Assembly: GCA_008690995.1 (NCBI GenBank)
Contig: VRMN01000014.1
Coordinates: forward strand, 1 to 64,000
Reading direction: 5' to 3'
DNA length: 64,000 nucleotides
Origin: Porphyridium purpureum
Lineage: Eukaryota
Part shown: positions 1 to 11,696 of the stretch, piece after piece
Numbering within the stretch: the stretch's first letter is position 1
Layout of the letters: each line of letters opens with the position of its first letter
The notes under the pieces: generated by a model
What the model saw: only the letters and a program-made list of their open reading frames with translations
The model's database searches: none
What the model was told of the DNA's origin: nothing
Made by a program: the position numbers and the translations under genes

Positions 1-740
1 TGCGTTTTACTATAAACACCAAACGGTTCCAACGCAGTGCGGCGAATCGGATAGGCGCGAATTCGCCGCGACACGGGGGAGGCGATACGACAGGCGGTGC
101 GGCGGTGGTGCACGCAGCTGAAGGCGTGAGGGAATTCTAAGCTTGGCGGCGGAAGATGCGTCGCATTGGTTTGCCCCAGCGCAAAGCTTGCATTGGTAGT
201 TATCGGGCGCGTCTTCTGCGATAGCTCAGCCTGTCTTGTACGCAAAAGGACCATCAGGTTCAGAATGGTAAAGATCATATTACGGCCTGCTCAGGTTGTA
301 GTGCTGCTGAACAATTCCCAAGAACGCAAGCTTCTCACCGCGAAACCTCGCGGCCACGCGATACATGATTAGTCAGCTGGCGCGCCCGTGAAGCGCATGT
401 GATTATCTTCACGTGAGACGAACTCGTCCAGGTATGGATCAAAGATGCTCTTGCGCTTGATAAGCTCGAAAGCTACTTGCTTGAATACGCTGCATCTGGC
501 CTAGCTCCATCTCCACTCGGTCGAGGACTGCTCTTACCCACTGTACCCGTAAATCTCTTGGGTCCTCCCGTCATATTATCCTGTCAGAAACCAAAGTATG
601 AATTCAACCCAGTTTGAACAATTTACGAGCGTCGTGGTACTCAAATAAGCTTTTCTTAGCTTGATATTAATGAAGGCAGGTGTCTTTGAGCATTTGTAAA
701 ATAGTGAACGTACTGAAACATAGTGAAAGGGTGGTTTACT

Positions 741-1536
741 CTTGGAATTTCTCCCTTTCTGCTTTGTAACCGAATCAACAAAACCGGATCGCTTCACCGA
801 TAACAGGAACTGGAAACCGCCACACCCCGGAAACTGACAAACCGACGACGAACCGACACACCGAAACGAACGGAAGGACAAGCAGGACAATCAGAGAAAA
901 GTGGCTAGAAAGGAAGAGAGGACAGAAAATTCAACTTATAGGGGACTACGAGAGGGAGTGGACCGGTCTTGACAAGTGAAGGGTGATGGAAGGTACGTTT
1001 AAACCCCAGCTGCCTTTTTAAAACACTCCAGACCGATATCCGCTCGCACAACACGCTAGCGTGCCTCTCCCGCAAATCCAACCCAAGTCTTCCAACGACT
1101 GCCTCAATCCAACTAACCAATTCTCTTTTTATTCTATTTGCCCTTACCTCTTCTTCTACCTTGACCTGGAAATTCCTGGGAACCAGCTTGCCCCTTCGTC
1201 CTTTTATACCCTTCGTCCTTGCTCTTTCCAGCAAGGACGGGAGAACAAATTTCTCCAACAGGACGAATTTCCACCACAGGTTTTGATTCGTTCCACAACT
1301 CGCAACCACAGCCGGCCACGTATCCGAAAAATGGCCGGGAAGGCGCGTCAAGAACGAATCCAGAAGCTTCGGCCGGCCTTTGACCTTTGCACAAGGTCAC
1401 ACAAAACGACAATGACAAACATTTCGCAGGTCCGAGATCATCACGCTTCTCGAACAATCTTTCATCATAGAACTTTCTAGGGTTTTGTACTCAAAACCCT
1501 ACGGCGTCTCTCGGGGCGGAACCCTAAAATTCCACG
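741..1536 (-). repeat. 3' LTR of element A1 (~796 bp)
   Basis: Direct repeat of 5704-6455 and inverted copy of 59796-60592; begins CGTGGAATTT and ends AAATTCCAAG on minus; contains TATAAAA and AATAAA. Confidence 0.95.
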
Positions 1537-4500
1537 CTCCTCCTTCCGGTCTGAGGGACGCGTAACTTCTCCCAGCACTTAATGTGGCCCTCCGGAAATA
1601 AGGCCTTGGTCATTAAGTCCGCCACATTTTCGTCCGTCTTCACAAATGCCAGTTTCACAAGTTTCTGCTTTTCGCACACCTGATGCAACCAGGCCAAATC
1701 TGTTGCTCGGGTTATCGCCATATGATGCAACTTTGGCGAGTACCCCATCTCTATTGCTCGCATCACAGCTTGATTGTCACACATCAAAATCACCGAGAAC
1801 TCTCCGTCACGTATACTTCGCAAGAAAGACAATGCAGGAAACAACGAGAGTTGCACAGTTTCCTCTAGGGCAGCCAACTCCGACTCTGAAGTCGACGAGC
1901 TCACGAAACGCTGCTTTCTCGAAGACCAATCCACTAGGTACTTGTAATCTCCAGCAACTAAGTACGTTGCTCTTCCAGAAGTCGACACACGACTCTCTGG
2001 ACAACCAGCAAAGTCAGCATCCGTGTATCCAAGAATGTTCACCCCTCTGATGCCTTCCTTGAGATTCCCCAACACGTGATACTCCAATGCTTCCCGAGGT
2101 GTTTTCAAATACTGCACGACTCGTACGAGCAGCCTTTCTGCTGCCACATTCCACTTGTCAACGTACCGGGCAATCATACCGACTGCATACGCAATATCAG
2201 GTCGAACCGTTCTGGCGAGCTACATCAGCCTCCCGACGTGTTCTCTTACTTTCAAAGTCTTCCAGATGACTTGATAATTCAGAACTTCCTCGCCATCTAG
2301 CTTCTCAGATGGTGACTTCACGGCACGCAATACGCGTCTAATATCCTGCTCAAATTCCCGAATGACCACATCTTGATACTCTTGATTCGCCAAACTCACG
2401 CTCCCATTTTTGAGGGAAATGCTCGTCCCCAGGAATCTCAAGGATCCTCCTTCCGTCAATAGTTCTGGTGCTTTTTCTATGAGAAACTCTTGTTTCAATT
2501 CTTCGATGATTCCTGGGCGTTCCTCCTCTCGACAGGCTAATAGACCATCATCCACGTACAGAGCCAACAACGCAACTGACGAACTTGCAGCATTTCTCCG
2601 GACGTACACATTCTTTTCACCATGCACGAGCTTCCACTGGAACTTTTGCAATCTCCTCCGAGCATCTTGTGAGAAATCCGAGCCGCTCCTGGGCAAGCCA
2701 TACAGCGCCTTTCTCAGCCTGACTACTGTGTCTTTTGAATCACAAATTTCACGCGGTAAGTATGCAAACGTAGGTGGCCCAGACAGGTCCGCATGGAGGT
2801 ATGCCGAGCTGATGTCGAAACTAACAATCTGAAGGCCCAGAATTGCAGCCACAGCTATTATCATTCGGATAGCTGACAAACCAGCAGGCGTCTCATAATC
2901 AAAAATGTCATTCGTCGCAGCTCCATCGGACCCCCATATCCTGTTTCCCCCGGCCACCAAGCGGCACTTCACCTTGCGAAATTCTTCCGGCATCTCAGCA
3001 AATTTCAGACCGAAAATGAAATGTGTGCGTACGAAACGAGCACCAGGTTGCCTCCGGGCCTCCTCCAGCGTCAAGGGACTCTCATCCCATACCCCAAATT
3101 TCAGCATGGATTTGACTTCTTTTTCCATCGCGGCTCGTCCTTGCTCAGACGCCAACGCCGCTCCAGTTTTCAGCAAAGTCGTTAAGTTCAACTGTGGGAT
3201 CGTCACTGGACCACCCGTGCCTGCTGCCCGTTCTTCGTCAACCACTCTCACTTTCAATGCCTCGATCTCTTTCTCAAGCTCCGCTTCTCTAGCTCTGAGA
3301 GCATCGATACGACGATCCAAGTCCTGCACCGCTTCAACCGCGGATGGTTCGTCCACTTCTGGCAACTCTTCCTGCTGGCTCAGGCTCACCACCTCTCGTT
3401 CAATTCCCTTTAAAGGGAACTCATGGGTAAATGCCTTAAAATCCTGAGTGCGAATTACTTTTGGGGTCTCACTCGTCCAGTCATCCCGAGGAAGCACCAA
3501 AATTGCCATCGGATGCTCTCCAACGCCGACGAGAATGCCAACTTTTCCTCGCGGTGCATACTTATTGTCAGGCTGATCATCTTTGTAGACCACCTTGCAC
3601 CCGAATGGCAAACTAAGATTTCTCGGCGACCATTTTTCACCACGTCGTAATTCAAACGGCGTCTTTCCAGACTTCCTGCCCACGTGAAGTCTATTCGTCA
3701 TGAACGCAAAATGCTGCGCGGCGTGCATGAACCAACGCTTCCCGAGTCCGGCCTGCACAAGATTCGCACGGATTCCCTGATTCAGCGTGTGGGGAAACCG
3801 CTCCTGTTCAGCATGACTGTTTGGCCTGTACGGAATCCCCACCTCGTGCTTTATGAGGTGTTCACGCACCAGTCTCCCCACATCTCCCTTGAACTCATTC
3901 CCATCATCCGTTCGCAAAACCTTCGGCCATCCTCTCCCGGCTTGCACACTTTTCCAAGCGTCCGCAACCGCCGTGTGGGTTTTCGCACGTAGCCCCGCCA
4001 ATGTCACCCATCCTGTGGCTCTGTCGATATGCGTCAAAATAAACTTTGAACCATCTACCGACTTCACATTTCGCCCAGGCTCCACCAAGTCAATTCCGAC
4101 TTCATCATTGAATGACAATGCACTGACATCTTTCTCCAGCCTTCGGGCCGGGCGTCGCTTTATCTTCGCCACGACACACGTCTCACAGTCTCTTTGCATA
4201 GGCATGTGAGTCAACTCGTGTTCCGAAGCAGCCACGCTCTGATTTTTCCCGTCAAGCTCGGGAACCACTTCTTCAACATTTTCCAACGTGCATATTTCCT
4301 TCCCCTCGGGCCTCGTTTCCATCAGTCCCTTCTGCCAATCAATCTTAGGATTCACCATCTTGAGCCATTTCCACCCTAAGATGGCATCCATACGAATGGG
4401 ACCGATATAAAACTCGACGTTCCCTATCCAGAAACCGAGGTCCACCGCAAGCACAATGGGGCCGTGCACCTTCATTCTCTGTCCTCCCGCAAGCTCGACC

Positions 4501-4730
4501 ATGCATTCATCGCAACTGGACTTTACGCTTGCGTCCAAGAATCGGGACCCCAGGAAATTATGCGACGCTCCACTGTCAATCAAGAAGTCGATTTTTGAAC
4601 CACTCACTTTCCCATGTTTGTAGAAGAGCCTTGACCTCGCACCCTCGTGCGCAACACCTTCCACAACACCCATTACAGGAGGCTCCATTCCCCTCGAGAT
4701 CTCCTCCTGTCTTGGCTCTCGAGGTCTTAG
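1524..4730 (-). pseudogene. pol: pol of A1 (protease-integrase-RT-RNaseH) with an in-frame nonsense codon
   Basis: FLIDSGASHNF protease; HELTH..CETC and DDE residues (GIDLVE, RTDDGNEF, QERF); copia RT (KCRLVAGGN, KALYGL, LYVDD); RNaseH (YTDADFAG, STSESEL). ORFs 2220-4688 and 1524-2177 share a frame, split by TAG at 2220-2222 where family B has Trp (GRLLWLART). Confidence 0.9.
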
Positions 4731-5674
4731 TTTTCCGGCTCTGGCGGACCACCTGCCAAGCGCTCCTTCAATTTAGGGCATTTGGGCTTAATGTGTCCAC
4801 GTTCTCCACAATGGTAACACTTCACTTTGGTCTTGCCAGACTTCCGCTTGTCCATGGCTCCCAAATCCATTGGTGCGCTACCAGAATGCGACGAGAACGC
4901 CCTGCTATGAGTCGATGACGAGTTCTTGATCACTTGACTCATATCTCCTCCGAACTTTGCAACCTGCTCAGCTGCCAACGCAACTTTCAGTGATTCTTCC
5001 AAGGTCCTTGTGTCCTGACGGGCCACCTCAATACGCAGTTTCTCCTTCAAGCCCAGCGTGAAGATGGTGTTCAGTTCTGCATCTGTCACATCTTCAACTG
5101 ATAACGCTGTCATCCTGAGATTCTGCTCAAATTCTGCGACCGTCATTTTCCCTTGCTTCAACTGATACAGATTGGTGCGCGCTGTCAAATGCGCCTGCGG
5201 CGGCTCAAACGCTGTGCGCACGAAGTTTGCGAACGCATCCCATCCGGCCTCTGCAAGGCCCTTTCTCTGCTCCTCCGGACGAGCTGCCCAAAGCAGCGCT
5301 GCGTCCCTCTCGAAAAAGCGACTTGCAACAATCACTTTCTGCGAGTCCAAAGCATCTGCGGGCATGCAGATATCCAGGTCGCTCTTCATTCGCATCAGCC
5401 ATTCATTGACAACGAGCTTGTCACGCTGACCATCAAACTTTCTCAAACTGCGCCCAATTAACGCGGCCATGGCACGATCGTTGTCACCAGACCCAGACGC
5501 CACGGTCTGCTGGCGCAACAAAACATGCATCATTTCATGGAGGTTACGATTCGCTTCCTGCACTTGTGCCATCATCATCTCCTGTCCCGCAATGCGCGCA
5601 TGCAGCTGATTAGCTGCCTCAATCCATGCCGCATTCTCCTGCGGGACATTCATTTCCATTTCATGGCTTTCCAT
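4727..5674 (-). CDS. gag: Gag of A1, Ty3/gypsy-like capsid with CCHC zinc knuckle
   Basis: LYQLKQGKMTVAEF motif, PMDLG motif, CYHCGERGHIKPKC knuckle; first ATG after the PBS. Confidence 0.9.
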   Translation of the reverse strand: MESHEMEMNVPQENAAWIEAANQLHARIAGQEMMMAQVQEANRNLHEMMHVLLRQQTVASGSGDNDRAMAALIGRSLRKFDGQRDKLVVNEWLMRMKSDLDICMPADALDSQKVIVASRFFERDAALLWAARPEEQRKGLAEAGWDAFANFVRTAFEPPQAHLTARTNLYQLKQGKMTVAEFEQNLRMTALSVEDVTDAELNTIFTLGLKEKLRIEVARQDTRTLEESLKVALAAEQVAKFGGDMSQVIKNSSSTHSRAFSSHSGSAPMDLGAMDKRKSGKTKVKCYHCGERGHIKPKCPKLKERLAGGPPEPEN

Positions 5675-5691
5675 TTTCTCCAAACAACCGG

Positions 5692-5703
5692 GCGATGATA
5701 CCA
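5692..5703 (-). promoter_or_regulatory. Primer binding site TGGTATCATCGC (tRNA-iMet-like)
   Basis: Directly follows the LTR end; identical 12-mer in A and B copies; TGGTATCA matches the common iMet PBS. Confidence 0.8.
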
Positions 5704-6455
5704 CTTGGAATTTCTCCCTTTCTGCTTTGTAACCGAATCAACAAAACCGGACCGCTTCACCGATAACAGGAACTGGAAACCGCCACACCCCGGAAACTGA
5801 CAAACCGACGACGAACCGAGACACCGAAACGAACGGAAGGACAAGCAGGACAATCAGAGAAAAGTGGCTAGAAAGGAAGAGAGGACAGAAAATTCAACTT
5901 ATAGGGGACTACGAGAGGGAGTGGACCGGTCTTGACAAGTGAAGGGTGATGGAAGGTACGTTTAAACCCCAGCTGCCTTTTTAAAAACACTCCAGACCGA
6001 TATCCGCTCGCACAACACGCTAGCCTGCCTCTCCCGCAAATCCAACCCAAGTCTTCCAACGACTGCCTCAATCCAACTAACCAATTCTCTTTTTATTCTA
6101 TTTGCCCTTACCTCTTCTTCTACCTTGACCTGGAAATTCCTGGGAACCAGCTTGCCCCTTCGTCCTTTTATACCCTTCGTCCTTGCTCTTTCCAGCAAGG
6201 ACGGGAGAACAAATTTCTCCAACAGGACGAATTTCCACCACAGGTTTTGATTCGTTCCACAGCTCGCAACCACAGCCGGCCACGTATCCGGAAAATGGCC
6301 GGGAGGGCGCGTCAAGAACGAATCCAGAAGCTTCGGCCGGCCTTTGACCTTTGCACAAGGCCACACAAAACGACAATGACAAACATTTCGCAGGTCCGAG
6401 ATCATCACGCTTCTCGAACAATCTTTCATCATAGAACTTTCTAGGGTTTTGTACT
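5704..6455 (-). repeat. 5' LTR of A1, missing its first 45 nt
   Basis: Matches 741-1491 with about 7 substitutions; ends at GTACT, where the telomeric array begins. Confidence 0.9.
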
Positions 6456-6920
6456 AGAGTAACCCTAGAGTAACCCTAGAGTAACCCTAGAGTAACCCTA
6501 GAGTAACCCTAGAGTGTAACCCTAGAGTAACCCTAGAGTAACCCTAGAGTAACCCTAGAGTGTAACCCTAGAGTAACCCTAGAGTAACCCTAGAGTAACC
6601 CTAGAGTAACCCTAGAGTAACCCTAGAGTAACCCTAGAGTAACCCTAGAGTAACCCTAGAGTAACCCTAGAGTAACCCTAGAGTAACCCTAGAGTAACCC
6701 TAGAGTAACCCTAGAGTAACCCTAGAGTAACCCTAGAGTAACCCTAACCCTAGAGTAACCCTAGAGTAACCCTAGAGTAACCCTAGAGTAACCCTAGAGT
6801 AACCCTAGAGTAACCCTAGAGTAACCCTAGAGTAACCCTAGAGTAACCCTAGAGTAACCCTAGAGTAACCCTAACCCTAGAGTAACCCTAGAGTAACCCT
6901 AGAGTAACCCCACAGAGTAA
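6454..6920 (+). repeat. Telomere-like tandem array (TAACCCTAGAG)n, ~42 units, C-rich strand on +
   Basis: Near-perfect 11-mer tandem repeat containing TAACCCTA; variants are two units with an extra GT and two short TAACCC units; degenerate at the right end. Confidence 0.9.
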
Positions 6921-9120
6921 CACGGGATTCCAAACCAAACCTTTGACCGCGTTTGCTAAGGGACACAAAGCGCAACCCATCGTATATCCAAGCAGAAGAC
7001 TTTTGTCCCGCTTTTCTTGACTCTCTACACAGTCCTCTCTCCATCAAAATCGAATACCTTCTCTCAGAGTCAATTCTTTACATATTATTGTGAACGGCTG
7101 CCCCACCTCAAGCTGTTCTTGAGCTCAATTGCATGTAGAAATCCGACAACGAAGTTTCTTTGTGCACCTGAATGATTTTGCATACAACGAGCTATACGAT
7201 CTCGACGCTTTGCAGCTAGAGAGCTTAAAATAGTACACGTCTTGGTAATGAAATTGACACGCCTTTGTCCTTTCCATCGTTCGAATGCATGCACTTTCGA
7301 GAGAATACCGTCGGACTCTGCTAGGCTTTGGTCCTTTAGCAAAGTCTTTCTTCGTACCCCTCCCATACTTGTGTTGAGATTTGTGCAAGCTGTGCTAGTG
7401 AAGCGCTAAGACGAAGCGCAAGTGGGGCGCGCGTGTATGAGCTGGAATGGAGTATGGAATTGAAACGCAGTCCAAAGCTCATGGCCCTTCTGTCCTTGTT
7501 TGTACGATTACGCAGTTTATAATAATCGTCCCTATTGGTTGTCATTAAATATGATATGTGGACTTGGCATATGGTGTACAAGTCCACGGTACGTACAAAA
7601 TGAGGAGCAAGCTCTTCACCGCACGAAGAGGCCTTGAGAAACATTGCGAGAGGTTAGAATGATCTATAAGAAAATGAATTTCTGACTATTGCAGCCGAAA
7701 GTCGAAGCTCGAGCGCTTGTGCCTGTCAACATGTGAGCTTCTGCGCAAGTCTTGCAGGCAGAGTTTAAAATGGCTATTTGACATGCTTGAAGCTATTGTA
7801 TGCGAGAAGGAGCATGTGCGCGTAGGCATACAAGTAGCTGACGCAAGGAATGGGTGAGATGGCATGCCAGAGGCGCTGAAGCCGCTTGCTCTCGGACATT
7901 GATTTGTGGAATTCTTGTTCCGGGACGGAAAATGAGTCGCGCTCATCATTGTTAAGAGCTATCCTTTCAGAGCAACCAAGACAGGCTTATGAGCCATGTC
8001 CAAAGTCCCGCACAATCTGTATGTGCTTTTTTTTTCACGCACTCGTGTATACCTTTCTCTTGTGGGGCAATGTCGATTAAATTCAGAAACACTTGTCCCA
8101 AAACGCAATCACATGAGCCTGTTTCCTGACATACATGTACACTGATCCCTGCAAGGCTACGGCGAAGGGGCTCTTTCGTGAATAGATGCAGAGAATATCA
8201 TTGAAAGCGGACACAAGATTCAGAACGTAGCTGATAAGTATCGTGCAGTACGAGAGTATGTTGGCAAGTCAGAGAGTTGCTGGACCGCGCATGTGCTCAT
8301 TGCACGTGTGGGTTACGTTTAACAAGTGAGCAAAAGTGACTGACCGACGTATCCTTTACATGCATCTGTATGAACAGCGATCTTTAAGAAGAGAAAACAG
8401 AGCTTGGACGCGGAGGGTTGCGAGGGTGCAAAGCCTTTACTTGGTGCGAAAAGCACACGTGATCGCAGACTCGCCTGTCTGCATCAAGCACTTACACTTG
8501 CTGAACAGTTTCAGGACCTGCAGGTCTGGAGTCTAGTCTGCGTGGTTTTCCTATCAATGTTGGGAGTCCCGACGCACAGTCTACACCCTGTTGGGGAAAA
8601 GGGGCAAACCCAAAAAAAGAAAAAAACTGGGAGCATAGCTGAAAGTGGGGCATGGTCTCCCGACATAAGCTCCAGTGCGCGGCACGTCCCCCAAAGACAC
8701 ACCACGTGCCTAGTGTAGCTCCCGCCACACCTCAAGAACAGTACGGTTTTATTCAATGCTCCACAGAGGAAACTTGACGACGTAAAATCTTGAGTTTTTT
8801 ACACAACAATTTTAGCTACTTTTTTATTTTCCACTATCTTTTCCGTCACCCGTCATCTTTTTTCGCTCTTGTATTGATGCAGTTGTCATTAGTAGATTGA
8901 TAGCGAGACTTGCGATACAGTCGAGTGCCAGTCGCATGATCGTATTGACGAGGATTTCGACACTCCCACAACATTTTCCTTGCACGAGTGCAATCACAAA
9001 TATCTCAACGAACCGCAGAAAAGTCGGACGTATTCACAATGAAAATGTACCAATGAACCGATCGGCTTGATCTTACGTAAATTGATTCGGCATGGACAGT
9101 ATCAGAATTCGTCTTTTTGA

Positions 9121-10923
9121 CTACGTTTGTTTAAAATGGATGGACATGTTTGCGTTTGGCAACATTCCGCTGCTCATACATTGATCCCAGTGCCTGGGCG
9201 CCTGTTCCTTGGTGCGTTCGTCTGCGATATTCTCCAGTCCAGATACATGCTCCAGCCTTGTAATCTCCTTGTCGTTGAAGGCATTACGAACTACAAGTAT
9301 TCGGATGATAAGCCTTCTCTCCACAAAGATGGTTTTTGTAGACACCGCGTCTGTTGTCGATTTTGAATCTGTCATCAACCTGAGTCCCGCATTTGCACCC
9401 TTTCATTATGTATCGCTGACGCGTCGTCGTATGACTTGTACAGGGCAAGCAGGTCAGGCCCCAACACAACATTTGTAAGCTTTTTTGCTTTAAAGTTTCG
9501 CGCTACTATGCAGTGTGCTCAGCGATTCTGTTTTGACATCATGAATACCGCCAAACCAATTTGCGACGTCTTCTCCCTGTTCAACGCATGAGATGCATCC
9601 AAAATCACGCAGACGCTTAGCTGTTCTGCTAGAAAGACGAAAGGCAAATATAATTCCGAGCCGGACTAGACAATTTTGAGCTTTTGTAGGTGGCCTTCGC
9701 CTGTCTGAGTTAAAAGTTCCTCTCGGTCATGTGAGATAAAAGGTTTATATTTCTCTGAATGTCAGGCCGTCCAGAGTATGCCAAGTAAAATTGTTGTCCT
9801 CTGACTCGTCGGAGGTCCTCATACATCTTGTCATACGGCACTAGCTTTCGTACTTGCTCTATCTGGCACATCTCCACTCCTCCCCTGCTGGTCTGAACAT
9901 GCAGCACTTTGTTGAATACGAAAGGAAGATCCGAAGTTTCCTTCTTAATTGAAGAGAAGGCCACTTTCCCCTGTGTTTCATCGACCTCATCTGTTTCACA
10001 AACCAGTGTGTCGTCTACTACTGATCCGAGAACGCCGATGGCAGACTGGCTTATTCTAATCCCTGAACATGAGATCCGTTTTTTATGCACTGGGGCTCAA
10101 TTCTGCCGCTTTCAACCTGTCACGCATGGTTTGAAACCAATGTGCGCCAGCCTCTGTCAAACCGTACAAAGGCTATAGTAGTCGCAGAGACGTTACGTTC
10201 ATCCCAGTTCCACTTTCCGTTGCAATCGTTTTCCGCATGTCTTCAGAAACTCTGATGTCGACGGTCCTCGCGAGCGGAAAGGAGGACTGCGCGTACGCTT
10301 GGTAATTGTCACGGTAGAAAAAGTGCCAGTCGAAGACAGCGGGTATCGACTCAATTATTCTGTGCATGGGACGGGAAAAGGTTGGTGCTTCAATGCATGT
10401 CGCCTTTCCGTCTGGTTCGTTGAACCCGCGTGCAACAAACCTGGCCCGGTATGCTCTGCCATGGCTCATCGTCAACTCGAATCTAGCTTCGATAACTTTT
10501 GTACCAGTGACTGCTTCCTCTTCGCGAAAGACACATTTTATTCTTCGTCCAAGGTATTCATCGAGGATAGCAGGCAGACAGGTATTCATTTGTTCAGTGG
10601 ATCTGATAGCCAGCATGGGCCCAGCATTTAGTCGCACGTTATTGATGTGATACGTCCGCCGCCTCCCAGCGGCCAGTGGCTTCTCGACAATTTGATTGTC
10701 CTCAGCCTTTGAGCAACAGTACGGCCCTCGCCACCCATACTGTCATCTCGCCTAACAATACCGCATTTCCCACGAGGCTTTCACATGAGGGGTACTCTGG
10801 CACTCATGAGTATTTAGCCGCAGCTAGTCTCGCTCGCGCGGTGAGCTCATACTCGTTTCGTGCCGCCTCCAGACGGAGTAAACGGGAGTCTTGTCAGTTG
10901 GATTGTACAGTATTATACATTCT
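9121..10923 (-). pseudogene. Degraded Ty1/copia RT-RNaseH remnant (host of the B1 insertion)
   Basis: Fragmented ORFs with YRARFVARGF, RPDI, HVSGLENIAD; LYGL in a shifted frame. Confidence 0.7.
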
Positions 10924-11696
10924 CATGGCTTTAAATTCTCGCACGCTTGATGATGACAAGCGCACGAGCCCGGATGACACAACCCTTCTCAGATGACCGA
11001 ACCCCAGCAACACGACGCACACAACACAGACGACGAATACCCGGGGCGTGGAAAATCCAACGTATAGGGCCTCTACTATTGCCTTTCGCGTCGGCACAGA
11101 CAGCACCGGTCTCGACAGGGGCAGGGTGTCGTAACGGACAAAGCCGCCGTCTGCCTTCAGTGCTCTAAGAGCACCGAAACCCCCCAGACACGATGTGCTG
11201 CTGGCTCTGCTACACAGGCTCAGCAAAAGGCCCCACGCCTTCCGACGACCACGCCCAGGCACCCGACACCAAAGAACAAACTCCTCTTTTATTCTCTGTG
11301 TCCTACTCCCTTGCCTCTCCTTCTTCCGCTCTAAAGAAAATCCGGGGAACCGCACAGGCCCGCGCCCATTATATACCCCGCCGTCCTTGCTGTCCTTGAC
11401 GCGGAAGGGAGAAATTATTTCTCCCAAAGGCTGGGCTTTCCTCCGTTCGTTCCACAGAACGAAGCCACAGCCAGCCACGTCAGCAAGCGGCTCAATGGGT
11501 GCTGGCCGGCCGCCAAGCGGCTCCTGCTTCCCTCGGACACGCGACTCCGGCTCCTCGGGGCGAAAGACAACAATGCACAAACCAGAGGTACAGGGTAAAA
11601 AAACCACGTGGGCGAAAAAGCCCCTGTACCTCAAACAATTCCGAGACGCCGTACCTCCGGGTGTACACCCAGGGCGTCTCTCGGACCGGAACACTT

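Larger units (their letters stand above)
741..6455 (-). mobile_element. LTR retrotransposon family A, copy 1 (gypsy-like gag/PR + copia-like INT-RT-RH); 5' LTR truncated at the telomeric array
   Basis: LTRs at 741-1536 and 5704-6455, PBS 5692-5703, polypurine tract 1537-1548 (CGGAAGGAGGAG on minus), gag and pol ORFs; downstream flank AGTAA (736-740, minus). Confidence 0.95.

Noticed and set aside
2178..2222. Programmed readthrough inside A1 pol
   Set aside because: TAG replaces a Trp conserved in family B; best read as a nonsense mutation or error
6454..6920. CRISPR array
   Set aside because: Contiguous 11-mers with no spacers; eukaryotic context
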